39,904 nt of DNA. It comes from Paraspadella gotoi. Lineage: Eukaryota; Animalia; Chaetognatha. The notes under the pieces are model-generated. The model saw nothing but the letters and a program-made list of their open reading frames with translations, did no database searches and was not told the DNA's origin. Positions 24,241-37,636 of this stretch are shown one piece after another. Both the position numbers and the translations under genes were made by a program. The stretch's first letter is position 1, and each line of letters opens with the position of its first letter. The DNA is taken from positions 23,739,883 to 23,779,786 of the forward strand of contig CM119267.1 in the NCBI GenBank assembly GCA_051294375.1, written 5' to 3'.

Positions 24241-24302
<62 letters not shown>

Positions 24303-24321
24303 CTCTCTCTTCTTTCTCTCT

Positions 24322-24353
<32 letters not shown>

Positions 24354-25473
24354 CTCTCTCTCTCTCTCTCTCTCCTTTTCTCTCCCACGACCTCTATTTT
24401 TTTTTTCCGCGAGAGAGAGAGAAAATTTGTTACTCTGATGCAAATTTCTTGCCATTTTTGAGCCTCAACATGAGGAGGGGGATTAAGCCTGACAAACTTG
24501 ACGAGATAAAGGAGGAGGAGGAAGGGTAGGAAGAGGAAGAGAAGAGGAGATGGAAGCAGAGAAGGAAGGAGGAGGAAGAAGGGTAGAGGAAGGAAAGGAG
24601 AAGGATCTGGTTTGACCTCAGCAGCCGCAAGACCGCAGCAGTGGCAGGAGGCGCAGCAGCAGTAAATGCAGCAGCCGAATGCAACGCGGCAGTCGCGGCT
24701 GGTAATACGCACCACCGCAAAGGCTGCAGCAGCGTGATCACTTCACAACGCCCTACCCTTCACCCACGACCGACCCACGATTGCGGAGTGAATCTAAAAG
24801 GAAAGACAGAGAGAGTGAGAAAGAAGGAATGAAAGAAAGGCAAAGAAAGAAATAAGAAAGAATCTGAGAATAAAGTAAAGGAAAAAAAGGAGTGAAGAAA
24901 AGGAAGGAAAAGTATGATAAGAAGAAAAAAGAAAAGAAATGGAAACAAGAAAAGTGATGATGAAAAAAAAAGAAATGGAGGAAAGAAAAAAAAAAAGAAA
25001 GAAAAAGACAAGGAGGAAAGAAAAGAGAAAACCACCTTCAAGTTTAAAGTGTTGCACCGCAGTAACTTTTTTATATGTGTTACATAGTATATGAGTAAAT
25101 ACCATATTTGTACATTGTACGGTACAAATATAAAGCACACATGCATTAATTATCTCATGACAAAGAAGCTTTTTTACAAAGTTTTATTCAAAATAATTTT
25201 ATTTTAACCCGAGTAAAGAACATTGAAATAAAATTGCAACGGGTTAAATAAACGGAGAGACGGACTGACCGACCAAAAAGTGACTTATAGAGTTACTTTC
25301 GCGAGTACTCGCGACGTAACTGAAAAAAAAGCAAAAAGAATGAGTCGTTTGGAATTTGGAAGGAAAAAAAGAATTAGTTTTTTCAGTTATGATCAGAAAA
25401 TGTGGAAGAGAAAAGAAAAAGAGAGAATAGACCGGAGTTAATCGCACAGGCCGCTTGAAAGAAGAGAGAGGGA

Positions 25474-25510
<37 letters not shown>

Positions 25511-26257
25511 GAACTCCGAGAGTGGGGGACGCTCACCGGGACTTCAGAAGCCACCGGACGCCAGGGGATGGAGTCGGATAATCGGAGTGGTGAGGTGGTG
25601 AGGTGGTTAGGTCTGTGAGAGGATTGGAGAGGAGGAATTAGAAAAATAGGAGGAGGGAGGAAGAGGAGAGGAGGAGGAGGAGGAAAAGTTATGGTGATGG
25701 GGCGATAAAAGGAGATGATGTCGCTGAAACTGATATCCGAAGGACGATAGGAAAAACTGAGGCGATGGGGCTGGAGAATTCGGGACGTTGGGGAACGTTG
25801 TGATTGAGTGGGAGAATGGCAGAGTGAGAATGAGGGGATGCCGTCGCCCATTTGGGTGGAAGCAAGAGATGTGGAAGCGATCGATTTTTTCCGCCGCTGC
25901 CAATCCGGCGCTTTCCAAGACCCCTCCGCTCCCGTTTCGGGTGCAATCCTTACTTTTTTAGCCCGGATCGCTTTCGGTTTCGAGTGCACAATCGCTTCCT
26001 TCTTTTTAGAATTTTATATTTTGTTATTATTTATAAAAATACTCTCTTTAGACATGTAATTCATTGGAGAATATTTTAAAACAATCTTTTTTGTTAATAA
26101 ATAAACAAGTGAAATTTTTACTATGAAAAATTGTAAGATTTGTAAGATTGTAATAATCGTTCGAGTGGAAATGAGTTTAAATGAAAAAAAACAACAAACC
26201 TTTTTCCCTATTTGCGCTTTTTCTTTTTTTATTAAATATAAATACAAGCTGCATAAT

Positions 26258-26475
26258 TATTCAATTGATCAATTAATTAATCAATCAATCAAATCAACTA
26301 AACAACTAATCAATCAAAAATCACTTAAAAATTAATGAATCAATTTTTATCAATCAATAAATTAATAAACAATTAATTTATCAATCAACTAATTAATAAA
26401 TTTATTTATCAATAAATTATTAAAAGAACTAATTAATTAATTAATTAATCAATCAATTAATCAATCAATTAAACA
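26258..26475. repeat. Degenerate (ATCA/ATTA)n low-complexity tract
   Basis: Interspersed TCAA/TTAA tetramers, recurring at ~26720-26790. Confidence 0.75.
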
Positions 26476-27371
26476 ATGTCAGTGTTACACTGTCATCTCC
26501 AACGTCGTTGTTGCTTTGTCCTGGTCAGTAACCTGACAAAAAGACCTAAAAATTAACAGGCCTGATATGAATTTATTTTATTTGATCAATCAATCATTCA
26601 ATTAATCATGATGGTGCTATCCTCGTTGTCATCATAATCATCATCAGGGTCGTCATTTCTTGTCATAATGAAAAAAACAAAAAAACAAACAAGTTTGAGC
26701 TAACAATGCCAGAACTGATCAAATTAATTAATTATTCAATCATTAATCAAATATTCAATCAATCAATCAAAAAATTAAGCAATCAATCAATTTGTCATCG
26801 TCGGTATTATCATTGTCGTGGTTTGCCATCATTAATTATTTAATTAATTAAAACTTCTTTATCTTTGTTGTACATTACAAAACTGTATCTTTATCATTTA
26901 TTTATCCTTTTGTTTTGTTTCTCTCTCACTCTCTCTCTCTCTTTAACAGTTTCACTTCTTTTCCACAACTCACTCAATCTGGCCTTACCTTCAACCTGTC
27001 CTCACATCTGACCACTATTCCTTGGTTTCTTTCACCCCAAACCCCTCTTGTTGGNNNNNNNNNNNNNNNNNNNNNNNNNNNNNNNNNNNNNNNNNNNNNN
27101 NNNNNNNNNNNNNNNNNNNNNNNNNNNNNNNNNNNNNNNNNNNNNNNNNNNNNNTGATTGAAGGCTGAATATTAATCAAAAAATCGTCTCTCGTGTACAA
27201 AAACTCAAAAATTATGAAATATGAATATCAGTAGAAAAAAGATGACATAAAATTTCTGTTTGATCGAACAGATTTATTTCTTTGGCCAGAATAAGCGACG
27301 AAGGAGACAAAGACTCAAAATGAAGATAGAGGAGTAGCTTTCCATATTTTTCCTTCTCTTTTGTCTTTCTT

Positions 27372-28155
27372 NNNNNNNNNNNNNNNNNNNNNNNNNNNNN
27401 NNNNNNNNNNNNNNNNNNNNNNNNNNNNNNNNNNNNNNNNNNNNNNNNNNNNNNNNNNNNNNNNNNNNNNNNNNNNNNNNNNNNNNNNNNNNNNNNNNNN
27501 NNNNNNNNNNNNNNNNNNNNNNNNNNNNNNNNNNNNNNNNNNNNNNNNNNNNNNNNNNNNNNNNNNNNNNNNNNNNNNNNNNNNNNNNNNNNNNNNNNNN
27601 NNNNNNNNNNNNNNNNNNNNNNNNNNNNNNNNNNNNNNNNNNNNNNNNNNNNNNNNNNNNNNNNNNNNNNNNNNNNNNNNNNNNNNNNNNNNNNNNNNNN
27701 NNNNNNNNNNNNNNNNNNNNNNNNNNNNNNNNNNNNNNNNNNNNNNNNNNNNNNNNNNNNNNNNNNNNNNNNNNNNNNNNNNNNNNNNNNNNNNNNNNNN
27801 NNNNNNNNNNNNNNNNNNNNNNNNNNNNNNNNNNNNNNNNNNNNNNNNNNNNNNNNNNNNNNNNNNNNNNNNNNNNNNNNNNNNNNNNNNNNNNNNNNNN
27901 NNNNNNNNNNNNNNNNNNNNNNNNNNNNNNNNNNNNNNNNNNNNNNNNNNNNNNNNNNNNNNNNNNNNNNNNNNNNNNNNNNNNNNNNNNNNNNNNNNNN
28001 NNNNNNNNNNNNNNNNNNNNNNNNNNNNNNNNNNNNNNNNNNNNNNNNNNNNNNNNNNNNNNNNNNNNNNNNNNNNNNNNNNNNNNNNNNNNNNNNNNNN
28101 NNNNNNNNNNNNNNNNNNNNNNNNNNNNNNNNNNNNNNNNNNNNNNNNNNNNNNN
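27372..28155. other. Assembly gap (N run), the largest of several
   Basis: Other gaps lie at 11714-11723, 17811-17835, 18945-19044, 27055-27154, 33747-33764, 37655-37679 and 39231-39457. Confidence 0.99.
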
Positions 28156-28729
28156 GAAAAACATGGTAAAGCAGCTCATGGCAGGGGAAGGCGGAGTAAA
28201 GAAGGAGGGTAAGCTTATCACCATTTCTATCATCAACAAGTAGATGTCATCCTTCAGAATCGCTTCCCCGGGCGGTTGCTGGGACGTGCTTAAGTCCCCC
28301 CCTGCACCGGTCGGACCTTTCCTGCGGCGTGCGGCCCCCGAGGGGCAGTCGCTAACATCACTTTCCACCGCCTGCGCGGCGGCCCCCTGGCGCGTCCTTT
28401 TTTGGGGAGCCGCCCACAGGTGGCCACTCCAGCGGCAATCCCTTTTGGGGCTATAAAAACCCTTGCCCCCTCGGGACTACCCCAGGGAATGGATTTTCCT
28501 TGCCCCTTGGAACGGCTTCTTCATCTCTCCCTCCTATCTCAATGCTCTTGCTATTCTTATCACTCTCTACTCCCCCTCTCTCCGGTCTTCTTCCTTCTAA
28601 TCATAACTATTTCTTTTTGATCTTTCCATTACTAATTACATAATATAAAAATTTAAAAATCAATATTTTTCTACGATCAATTAATCAATCAATCAATCCC
28701 ATAGCCTCTTTGTATCAATTATCCAACTC

Positions 28730-29280
28730 TGGCATAATCATATTTGGGTCACTAATGCAGTTTCAAGTTCAGTCAAGTTAGACATAATTTGGGTCACACT
28801 GACTATCATAATGGTTCAACTGATGTATAATTTATGCAAACTTAAAATTTGGTAAACTTTTTAGTATAAATTGTAACTTTTATTAATTTGCTGGCTAATT
28901 TTTTATAAATCTTAGTCCCTTTTGGTTAATTTGGTTTTATCACCTTCAATAAATTTGGCATAACTTTTATAATTTTTGCTAAACCTTAAATTAATTTGAG
29001 GTAAACTTTCCATAATTTGGTAAGCTTTCATATTTGGTAAACTTCATAATTTAATCAATTTGCATCAATTAAATCAACTCGCCGCCATAATTGTCACTTG
29101 CATTATATTTTGGGTCAATTTCGTATGATTTGTCAATGCATAAATTGGTCACACTGGGGTTATAAAATTGTTTAATTTGTTAATTTAGTCACAGGTCATA
29201 AGGGGTTGGTCAACTTTGCCCATAATTTGGTTCAATTTAGCATAATTGGACCACTTGGACGAATTAATTATTTAATTGGC
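28730..29280. repeat. Degenerate minisatellite with core CATAATTTGG(G)TCA(A/C)CT
   Basis: Recurrent variants: gacataatttgggtcacact, cataatggttcaact, cataatttggtaagcttt, cataatttggttcaattt and cataattggaccactt. Confidence 0.65.
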
Positions 29281-30624
29281 ATGTCAACAATTCATCTTAA
29301 CAATTAGCACTCCCATAATGACTTCTTATCGATAGAAATAAAAAAGATGAGAGAAATGAGTGTGGCCAAAAAAATTTTTGTAGATATCCATTGTTCAAGT
29401 AAAGAGTACACCTTTTGTTCTTTCCATTTAAAACTCTACGTTTCAATTTGTTCTACCTACCACATAACAAAATTTCATCTTAAAAATTTATCAGAATAAA
29501 AGAATGTAGGATGGTTTTAATTATTTAATTCCACTTAAAAAAAATAATTCAATTTACACAAATTATTGTTAATTGATGTAATTAATTAATATCAGCTCTT
29601 TAAGTCCATCCCGATTATTAGCCATATATAACTCAATTATTCTGTCGACCATTAAATAGACTACATGGATTGAAATAAAATTTTGTCTGTCGTGGCGTAG
29701 AGAAATGTATTGCTGATTGAGCGAGATACTAAAGCTTTTGCTTTTCTTCTCTCTCTGCAAATACGTCAGTCCTTCGTACTTTAATCCGAACGTGAGTTAT
29801 TGCCTTAATAGCAAATCTACAACACTGACATTATTCAATAAACAATTTTTCTGTGTGGTAAAGCTAAAAAAAAAATTTTTATAACACAATTTATCTTTAC
29901 GATGGTAGACCTCGTTTAGTGTGTTGTAAATGACATAGTTTTATTGATTTTTATTGGGGAGAACCTCCTATAATTCACTATCAGATCTATCAGTTATGTC
30001 CATCCAACAAAAAAGGAAAAAAAAAATTATAAAACGAAAGATAAAAAAAGACCAACAAAAAAGAAGTCAAATGACTGATTAGCTTCTCTTACACTAAATT
30101 TGTGTGCTACGTTCACTACATTGTTTGTTCAAAACTTGTTCGATATCTTTTAACTGAAATAAAATAATTGGGTTTAAAAAATCTACAAATATTATAATTG
30201 TTTTGATAAAATATGGAATAAAATGAGGTTAATACACATAATTTAGAAAAATATGTCATATACCTTACTTCATGTTACACGTAAAACAATTCTTGAGAAG
30301 AGAGGACGACAACTATACAGACTCAGATATAGAGCATACGAGAAAAAACATAAGGAGAGAGAGAGAAAAAATATAGACCGCCGTGAATGAGATAAAAGAG
30401 CAGAGCATGCATGTGAGAAAAAGAGAGGGGAAAAGAAAAAGGGAGAAAGAAAGAGAGCAGTCACAGAAGTCGCGGAAAAATTTACTTATCCGTATCATTA
30501 ATAACACTATCATAACCAATAAATCTTGTTGTCAAGACTCGTCCACTGGATGGCCGATCTTAAACCAACCAAGAAGCCCTTGTCCTCAAAGTGAGGGGCA
30601 GTGAGCCTTATGTGATGAGAGATG

Positions 30625-31355
30625 AATGGATCAATTTTTATATTGGTGTTACCAAGTTTTTTCCATAAAAATATTCAGTCTCCCTATGTACTGTTCTGAT
30701 GCTAGTGCCGGAGTACAATACAGTATTTCCCCGATCTAATAATCTTAAGGAAATGGTAATCTTATCCATACTACAATTGAAAACATTCTTTGAAACCTCA
30801 TTTTCCACGCTTCATTACTGGGAAGCCAAGTATCTCTGGGAATGTGAAATAACGAGATTGAGAGCAAGTCCTTGTTAGTATTGAAGCTTTGCAGGACCAT
30901 GGCTTATGTCAGTATCATCTTGTCAGATGATGGGAGGCCTTAACACCAAAGGCCTGTCCCAAAGTTCAGGAGGCAACGATAGCTAATATTTATTAAATGA
31001 AGGATAATTTTAATATATTGGTTTGTAGCCAATTTCATAAGATCGCATCATTTTTTTCGCTCGAGGCGAGTGGCTTCCTTGCTATCTTGTGAATTGCCTA
31101 GGTGCGGGAGACAAAAGTATTCCACGATGCTATATACTTATGGTGCCAGTTGTCTTTCTCACTACAATTTTGAAAACCATTTTTGAAATAATATTTCCAC
31201 TTCAATTGATAGGCGAAGCCACGGTACTTTGGGAGCTGAATAGCAACGAGACAGTCGAGAGAGTCTTGATTGAAAACCAGGGACCTCTATTCATTCATCT
31301 AGGTAAGAGTGATCGGAGGCCTTAAACCAACCTAAGCCTGTTTCCCCTAACAGTC
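30625..31355 (-). repeat. Two diverged inverted copies (~30625-30970 and ~31095-31355) of the ~310-bp repeat at 33860-34170
   Basis: Shared blocks include GAGGCCTTAA(A)C(A)CAA..GCCTGT versus ACAGGCTTTGGTGGTTTAAGGCCTCC, TTTCCAC(G)CTTCA(A)TT versus AATGAAGTGGAAAA, and GGAGTACAATA versus TATTGTACTCC. Confidence 0.75.
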
Positions 31356-32041
31356 GAGCGCTGGCAAGATAAGCGTATATTCTAGTAAACAATTGGAATG
31401 GATTCATTCTTCTTATATCTTGTTATGTTCTACCCAATCTCATAGTCAGAAAGTTATAGATTTTCGATGATCTAAAACTTTCGCTCTCTCTTGTAACTCG
31501 CCCTGGCGGAGCAGTCTTTTTTTGCTCGCCCAAGGCGGTTACCCCCATGGCCGACTTTTTTTGGCTACCCAGCGTTGGGCTCAGCGGTAGTGGGCGCCTC
31601 CTAGATAGACCCCAAAGATGTATGGCCCTCAGGGGGAACCCCCTGGGCGTCCCTGACGGCAATCCAGATAGGGGCGCCCCTCATCACATGACCACTTTTG
31701 CTTATGATCTTCCCCCTGATATGTCTGCCCTGGGCCCGCCTCCCCTTTAGAGCCGGCCCCCGCGATGGGCCGGGGATCTGGGAGATACAATTATCTCATC
31801 ATCAACCGCAGGCGTCATACCTCCTCTCTCTGCCTCTCTCTCTCCTCTCTCTCTCCTCTCTCTCTCTCTCTCTGTCTCTCTCATCTCTCTTCTCTCTCGC
31901 TTCGGTTGGTAATTATGCAACCTCACTTTAAAAAACAGTCCACTTCCTAATTCATGAGAAACTCGCGACGAGAGAGTGGGAAGGGGGAAAATGAAAATAA
32001 CGCTACAAGCGAGAGAGAGAGAGAGATAAGAGAGAGAGAAC

Positions 32042-32083
<42 letters not shown>

Positions 32084-32480
32084 CCTAAGCGAAAGAAAAT
32101 ACCCGTCACTTTTGGCGTAAAGGGTTTTTGAAATGAGCGAAGGGAATTTTTAGGGTAAGTTGAGGGTAAGTTTTTTCTTCGTTTCTGACGTCTTTTGCTG
32201 GAAGGAGAGAGGTCATGACAGAAAAGGAGGAGAATTCGACGGGAAATTATGTCTTTCGACGCCATTTTTTTTCTTTCTTTTTTCTTTTTTCTTCTGGATG
32301 GAATAACCTCTTAAAATCAGAATTATCCCCAGATTAACTACGATTTCCAAAATATAAGGCAGCATTTTATTCTCAAGAGATATTGGTACAACCTATATGA
32401 TGATTATTCGATATCCATTCGTTTATGAAATAAGCTCGCTTGCCCCAAAATTTTTAAGATAATGTTTTAGTGTAGTCCAA

Positions 32481-32596
32481 TTTTCCGTTTTGAGCGTTTT
32501 GAAGTTATATATTTATGAAGCATAACATTAATCGCACTCTTAGTAAAATTACAAGTTATTTTTAAATATAACTTCAAAACGCGCAAAATGGGAAAA
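32481..32596. mobile_element. Short foldback/MITE-like inverted repeat
   Basis: TTTTCCGTTTTGAGCGTTTTGAAGTTATATATTTA (32481-32515) pairs imperfectly with TAAATATAACTTCAAAACGCGCAAAATGGGAAAA (32563-32596). Confidence 0.55.
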
Positions 32597-32853
32597 CGGA
32601 TTTAAACTCTAACGTTTAACTCATTTTGGAATAAGTTTTCCCGACTCACCCCTTCTACCCTGGATTCACCCTTGTTGTTCTTCTCGGAGTCACCCATTTG
32701 TTCTCGTTTGGGTTTTGACGGCCTCATGAATTACCTATCTCTCTCTCTTTTTCTCTCTCTTTTATTTCTATCTTTACCCCTCTCTCTCTCTGTCTTTTTC
32801 TTTCCCACCTTTCCTCCGCTTTTATTCTATCTCATCCCCCTTTATTATTTCCT

Positions 32854-33160
32854 CCAATCAGAGAGTTAAACTTTCCGAATCGGACCAATCAGAGAACGAT
32901 TTGGTAAACTACTTTCCTAACCAATCGGAAAGCGGTAAGTCACGCTCAGCGTCGCCCAATCAGAGTGGCTAAAAGGCCGACTCAGTTAGCCAATCGCGGA
33001 ATAGGACGCGCGCCGATCCACCAATCGTGGAAGAGATTAGAGAAGCTTTGGCCTCCAATCCGAGCGAAAGAGTTTCTTTCTAATTTTTTAAACAAAATTT
33101 GTTTTCATGTTTTTTTTTTACCGGAAGTTTTCTCTACGTTAAGAAATGGAAGCAGGTAAA
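32854..33160 (+). promoter_or_regulatory. Putative promoter: seven co-oriented CCAAT (NF-Y-type) boxes, an ETS-type CCGGAAGT motif and a candidate first-exon donor
   Basis: CCAATC occurs at 32854, 32885, 32921, 32956, 32990, 33021 and 33055. CCGGAAGT lies at 33121, and ATGGAAGCAG|GTAAAT starts at 33146 with the donor at 33156. Confidence 0.7.
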
Positions 33161-35011
33161 TGAATATTTTTAACTCGTTTAACAAAGTTAATTAAAATTT
33201 AATTTTGCGGATAGTGTTGATATTGAACATTGTACAATGGAGATCCGAGAAAAAAGTGATCGTTTCTCATTTCTCAAAAAAAATCTTTGGAAAATTTCCT
33301 TGATTTTCTTCAATCATTTCGTTTCCCCGTCAACTTACCGATACGTTCTCATTTACCGTCCTTTCCCCGAATCACTTACAATCCTCACTTCCGATCACTT
33401 CCCATCACTTCCCATCACTTCGGTTGTAACTTTTCATCTCCTTTTTCCTCATCCTCATCGATCCGCATCTGTTGTCGTTGTTGTCGTTGTTGTTGTCGTT
33501 GTCGTCGTCGACGATCATCAAATCTTTTCTCGTCGTTTCTTATTTTTAAATTCCGACTGACTCACGTAAGTTCATCGTTATTCTTATTTATAATATTTTT
33601 CTTTTTCATTTTCTTATCTTTCTCGTCTTTATCATTTGGGAGTCAAAACCAGTTGTGCTTCTTTCGTCATCTTCTTTTTTTCTTCCTTTCTGCTTTTATT
33701 AGTCGCGTCGCGAGTACTATTCGGTCGGTCGGTCGGTCGGTCGGTCNNNNNNNNNNNNNNNNNNTCGGTCGGTATGTAAGTCCGTCGATCTGTCCTACTT
33801 ACGTTCAAAATGTTGATAACTTGTATGAAATTGGTACAACCAATGATAACAAATTACTCCATTCTGACTTTGGACAGGCTTTGGTGGTTTAAGGCCTCCA
33901 TCACTCTTACAAGATAATGACATAGCAGGTCCCTGCAGCTTTCAATCAAGACTCTCTCACGCAGTCTTATGTTATTCACTCCCAGAGTACCTGGCTTCCC
34001 TATCAATGAAGTGGAAAATATTTCAAAGAATGTTTGCAATTGTATGAAAAGACCACTCCCTTAAGTATTAGATCGCGGGAATACTTATTGTACTCCGCGA
34101 CTAGCATCAAAATACAGGAGCTGAAATTTTATGAAATTCGGTACAATCAATATAAAAAATTATCCATTCATTAAATAAATATAATTGATTGCTCATTTTG
34201 TTAAGAAAACCTCAAATCCTAAGAATCTAAGGGACTGTCTGAGCATCGCCTTCAGGAAATAAAAGACAAAAGACAAAATTCCGATGGCATTGCTTGTCAT
34301 TACAATACACGAGCTGAAGAAAGTTCTCGGTAGTCATGTAGTCATGTCACGCTCACGTCGTCATGTCATGTCATGTCACAAGAAACACACATTGACTCAA
34401 GGCATCACTGCGGCGCAACACATTTGAATTACCATTCGTGTTTAACCTTTTTTTTCTTTTTTTCTCAAATTTTTCTTATCTTCATTCTCATGAAAATTAC
34501 AAGATTACAGTATTAATTACTACATATTAATAAATTTTGATAACATAAATATATATATCTTAAAGTTTTATTATAAAATAAATGATAGTCATTATTTGGG
34601 GAAAAATTGGATTCTTTTTGTTAGACCGTGTTGTCTTCTGGAAATAGTTGAAATATTTTTTGTTCTAGGTTACTAGTATTTAAATTATCTTATCTCTTAT
34701 TTTTATTCATTTTTAGTTTCATCGCTACCTTAAATTGGTACTTTTTCTTTCCCCTTATTCTTGCTTATCTCTCTTACGTAGTTTTTCAAAATATTCACCC
34801 TAAAACTAAAACTTCTTCATGTTCAACAACAGCTTCCGACCTCCTCTTCCTCCTCCTCCTCCTCCTCCTTCTCCTCCTCATCCTTCTTCCTTACAACTTT
34901 GTTTATCACCAATTTTATAGCAAAAAAAAATCTTTTTAAGAAAAAAAAGGAAACCTGAAAACTTCCCAGTCAATAAGAGAGATAGAGAAGGAAGAGAGAA
35001 AATGGAAAGAG

Positions 35012-35049
<38 letters not shown>

Positions 35050-37370
35050 AAAGAGATTAGAAGAAGCTTTGGCCTCCAATCCGAGCGAAAGCAGTTCTTA
35101 TCTAATTTTTTAAACACAAATCTTGTTTCATGTTTTTTTTTTTTACCGGAAGTTTCCTCTTACGTTAAGAAATGAACCAGCGTTAATATGAATATTTTAA
35201 ACTCCGCTTTAACAAAGCTTAACTTAAAATTTAATTTCGAGATTAGTTGATATTGAACATCTGTACAATGGGAGCATCGAGAAAAAAGTGATCGTTGTCT
35301 CATTTCTCAAAAAATCTTGTGGAAAATTTCCTGGATTTTCTTCAATCATTTCTGTTTCCCCGTTCACTGCTTACCCGATACGTTCTCATTTACGCGCGTC
35401 CTTTCCCGAATCACTTACGAATACCTCACTTCCCGATCACTTCCCATCACTGTCCCATCACTTCCGTTGTAACTTTTTCATCATCCTTGATTTCCTCAGT
35501 CCTCATCGCATCCGCATTCTGTTGTCGTTGTGTCGTTGTTGTTGTCGGTGCGTCGTGCGCGGACGATGCATCGAAATCTTTTTCTCGCTCGAGTTTCGTA
35601 TTTTTAAATTCCGCACTCACGTAACTTCATCGTTATTCTTATTTATAATATTTTATCTGTTTTCATTTTTCTTACTCTTTTCCGTCTTTTCATTGACGTC
35701 AAAAACCAGTTGTGCTTCTTTCGTCAGGCTTTCTTTGTTTTCTTCCTTTCTGGCTGTTTTGCTCGCTCGGAGTACTATGCTTGGTCGTCGAGCCCAGTCG
35801 GCGCAGTACTTATCGGGCTCGCGCTCGGCTTCGGTCGCGTCGCGCTCGGTCGGTCGGTCGGTCTCCGGCTCGCGTCGGGGTTCGGTCGGTCGTCGGTTCG
35901 CGTCGCGTCGGTCGGCTCAGGTCGGCGGCGGGTCGGTCGGTCGGCCTTCGGATCGGTCGCGGTCGGGTCGGTCGTCGGTCGGTCGCTGCGGGTCGGCGGT
36001 CGGCGGTCGGGATCGTAGCGGTCGGATCGGTCGGTCGGTCGGTCGGTCGGCGCGGTCGCGTAAGTCCGTCGATCTGTCCGTTAGCTTACGTTCAAAAATG
36101 TTGATAACTGTGTATGAATTGTACAACCATATAAAAATTATCCATTCTGACTTTAGACAGGCTTTGGTGGTTTAAGGCCGTCCATCACTCTTACAAGCAT
36201 AACTGACATAGCAGCGTCCCTGCAAGCTTTTCAAATCAAGACTCTCTCAGCAGGTCTTTATTATTCACTCCCAGTAACCTGGCCTTCCCTAGTCAATGAA
36301 GTGGAAAATATTTCAAAGAATGTTGCAATTGTATGAACAAGACCACTCCCGTTAAGAGTGTAGATCGCGGCGGAATCTATTGTACTCCCGCGACGTAGCA
36401 TCAAGAAGCTACGAGGAGCTGAAATTTATGAAATGCTTGAATTACGGTGATCATATCAATTAAAATATATCCGTATTCATTAAAAAGTAAATATAATTGA
36501 TTGCTCATTTTGTTAAGGAAACCTCCAAATCCTAAAATCTAGAGGACTGCTAGCGATCGCCTTCAGGAAATAAGAAAGACAAAAGGACCAAAATCCGATG
36601 GCAATTGCTGTTCATAAATACCGACGAGCTAGAGAAAGTTCTCGGTAGTCATGTAGTCATGTCACGTCAGTTCGTCATGTCAGTGTCATGTCACGAAGTT
36701 TAAACACACATGATCAAGGCATCACTGCCGGCGCAACACATCTTGAATTGACCATTCGTGTTTAACCTTTTTTTTCTTTTTTTCTCAAATTTTTCTGTAT
36801 CTGCATGTCTCATGAAGAATTACAAGATCTACAGTATTAATGATACCTACATATGAGATAAATTTTGATGACATAAATAGTTATATCTTAAAGTGTTTTT
36901 ATAAAAGTAAGATGATAGTCATTATTGGGGAAAAATTGCGATTCTATTTTGTTAGGACCGTGTTGTCTTCTGGAATAGTTGAAATATTTTTTGTTCTAGG
37001 TTACTAGTATGTTAAAGATTATCTTATCTCTTATTTTCCTATTCATTTTTAGTTATCATCGCTACCTCTAAATTGTACTTTTTCTTTCCCCTTACCTCTG
37101 CTATCTCTCTTACGTAGTCTTTTCAAAATATTCACCCTAAAACTAAAACTTCTTCATGTTCAACAACAGCTTCCGACCTCCTCTTCCTCCTCGCTCCTCC
37201 TCCTCCTTACTCCCTCCTCCATCCTCCTTCCTTACAACTTTGTTTATCACCAAATTTTATACCAAAAACAAAATCTTTTTAAGAAAAAAAAGGAAACCTT
37301 GACAAACTTCCCATCAAAGAGATGAGATAGAGAAGAGAGAGAAAAATGGAAAGAGGATCTCGCTTGGTCT
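33032..37370 (+). repeat. ~2-kb tandem duplication (copy 1 ~33032-35030, copy 2 ~35052-37370), probably an assembly artefact; includes a (TCGG)n array
   Basis: The copies are collinear throughout. Copy 2 differs mainly by scattered 1-nt insertions and shows a noisy (TCGG)n array (~35780-36060) where copy 1 has an N gap. Confidence 0.85.
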
Positions 37371-37546
37371 CTCTCTCTCTCCTCTCTCTCTCTCTTCTCT
37401 CTTCTCTCTCTCTCTCTCTCTCTCATCTCGGTCGCATGTTTTTCATCTCTCCGAAAACTTGCCATTCGTGAAGAAATTGCTTTCGCGTTTTATGGCATTT
37501 TTTCCATGATTTTCTTTGTCCTCGTCTTCCTTTCTCCTCTTACCTG

Positions 37547-37599
<53 letters not shown>

Positions 37600-37604
37600 C
37601 TCTC

Positions 37605-37636
<32 letters not shown>

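Noticed and set aside
25438-25989. 183-aa minus-strand ORF
   Set aside because: It has no recognisable domain and its C-terminal half is low complexity. It is retained only as part of the orphan exon-like region.
27274-28368. 364-aa and 283-aa ORFs
   Set aside because: They run through an N gap and are artefacts.
35288-36175. 295-aa Arg/Ser/Gly-rich ORF resembling an RS protein
   Set aside because: It derives from the noisy (TCGG)n array in the probably artefactual duplicate copy.
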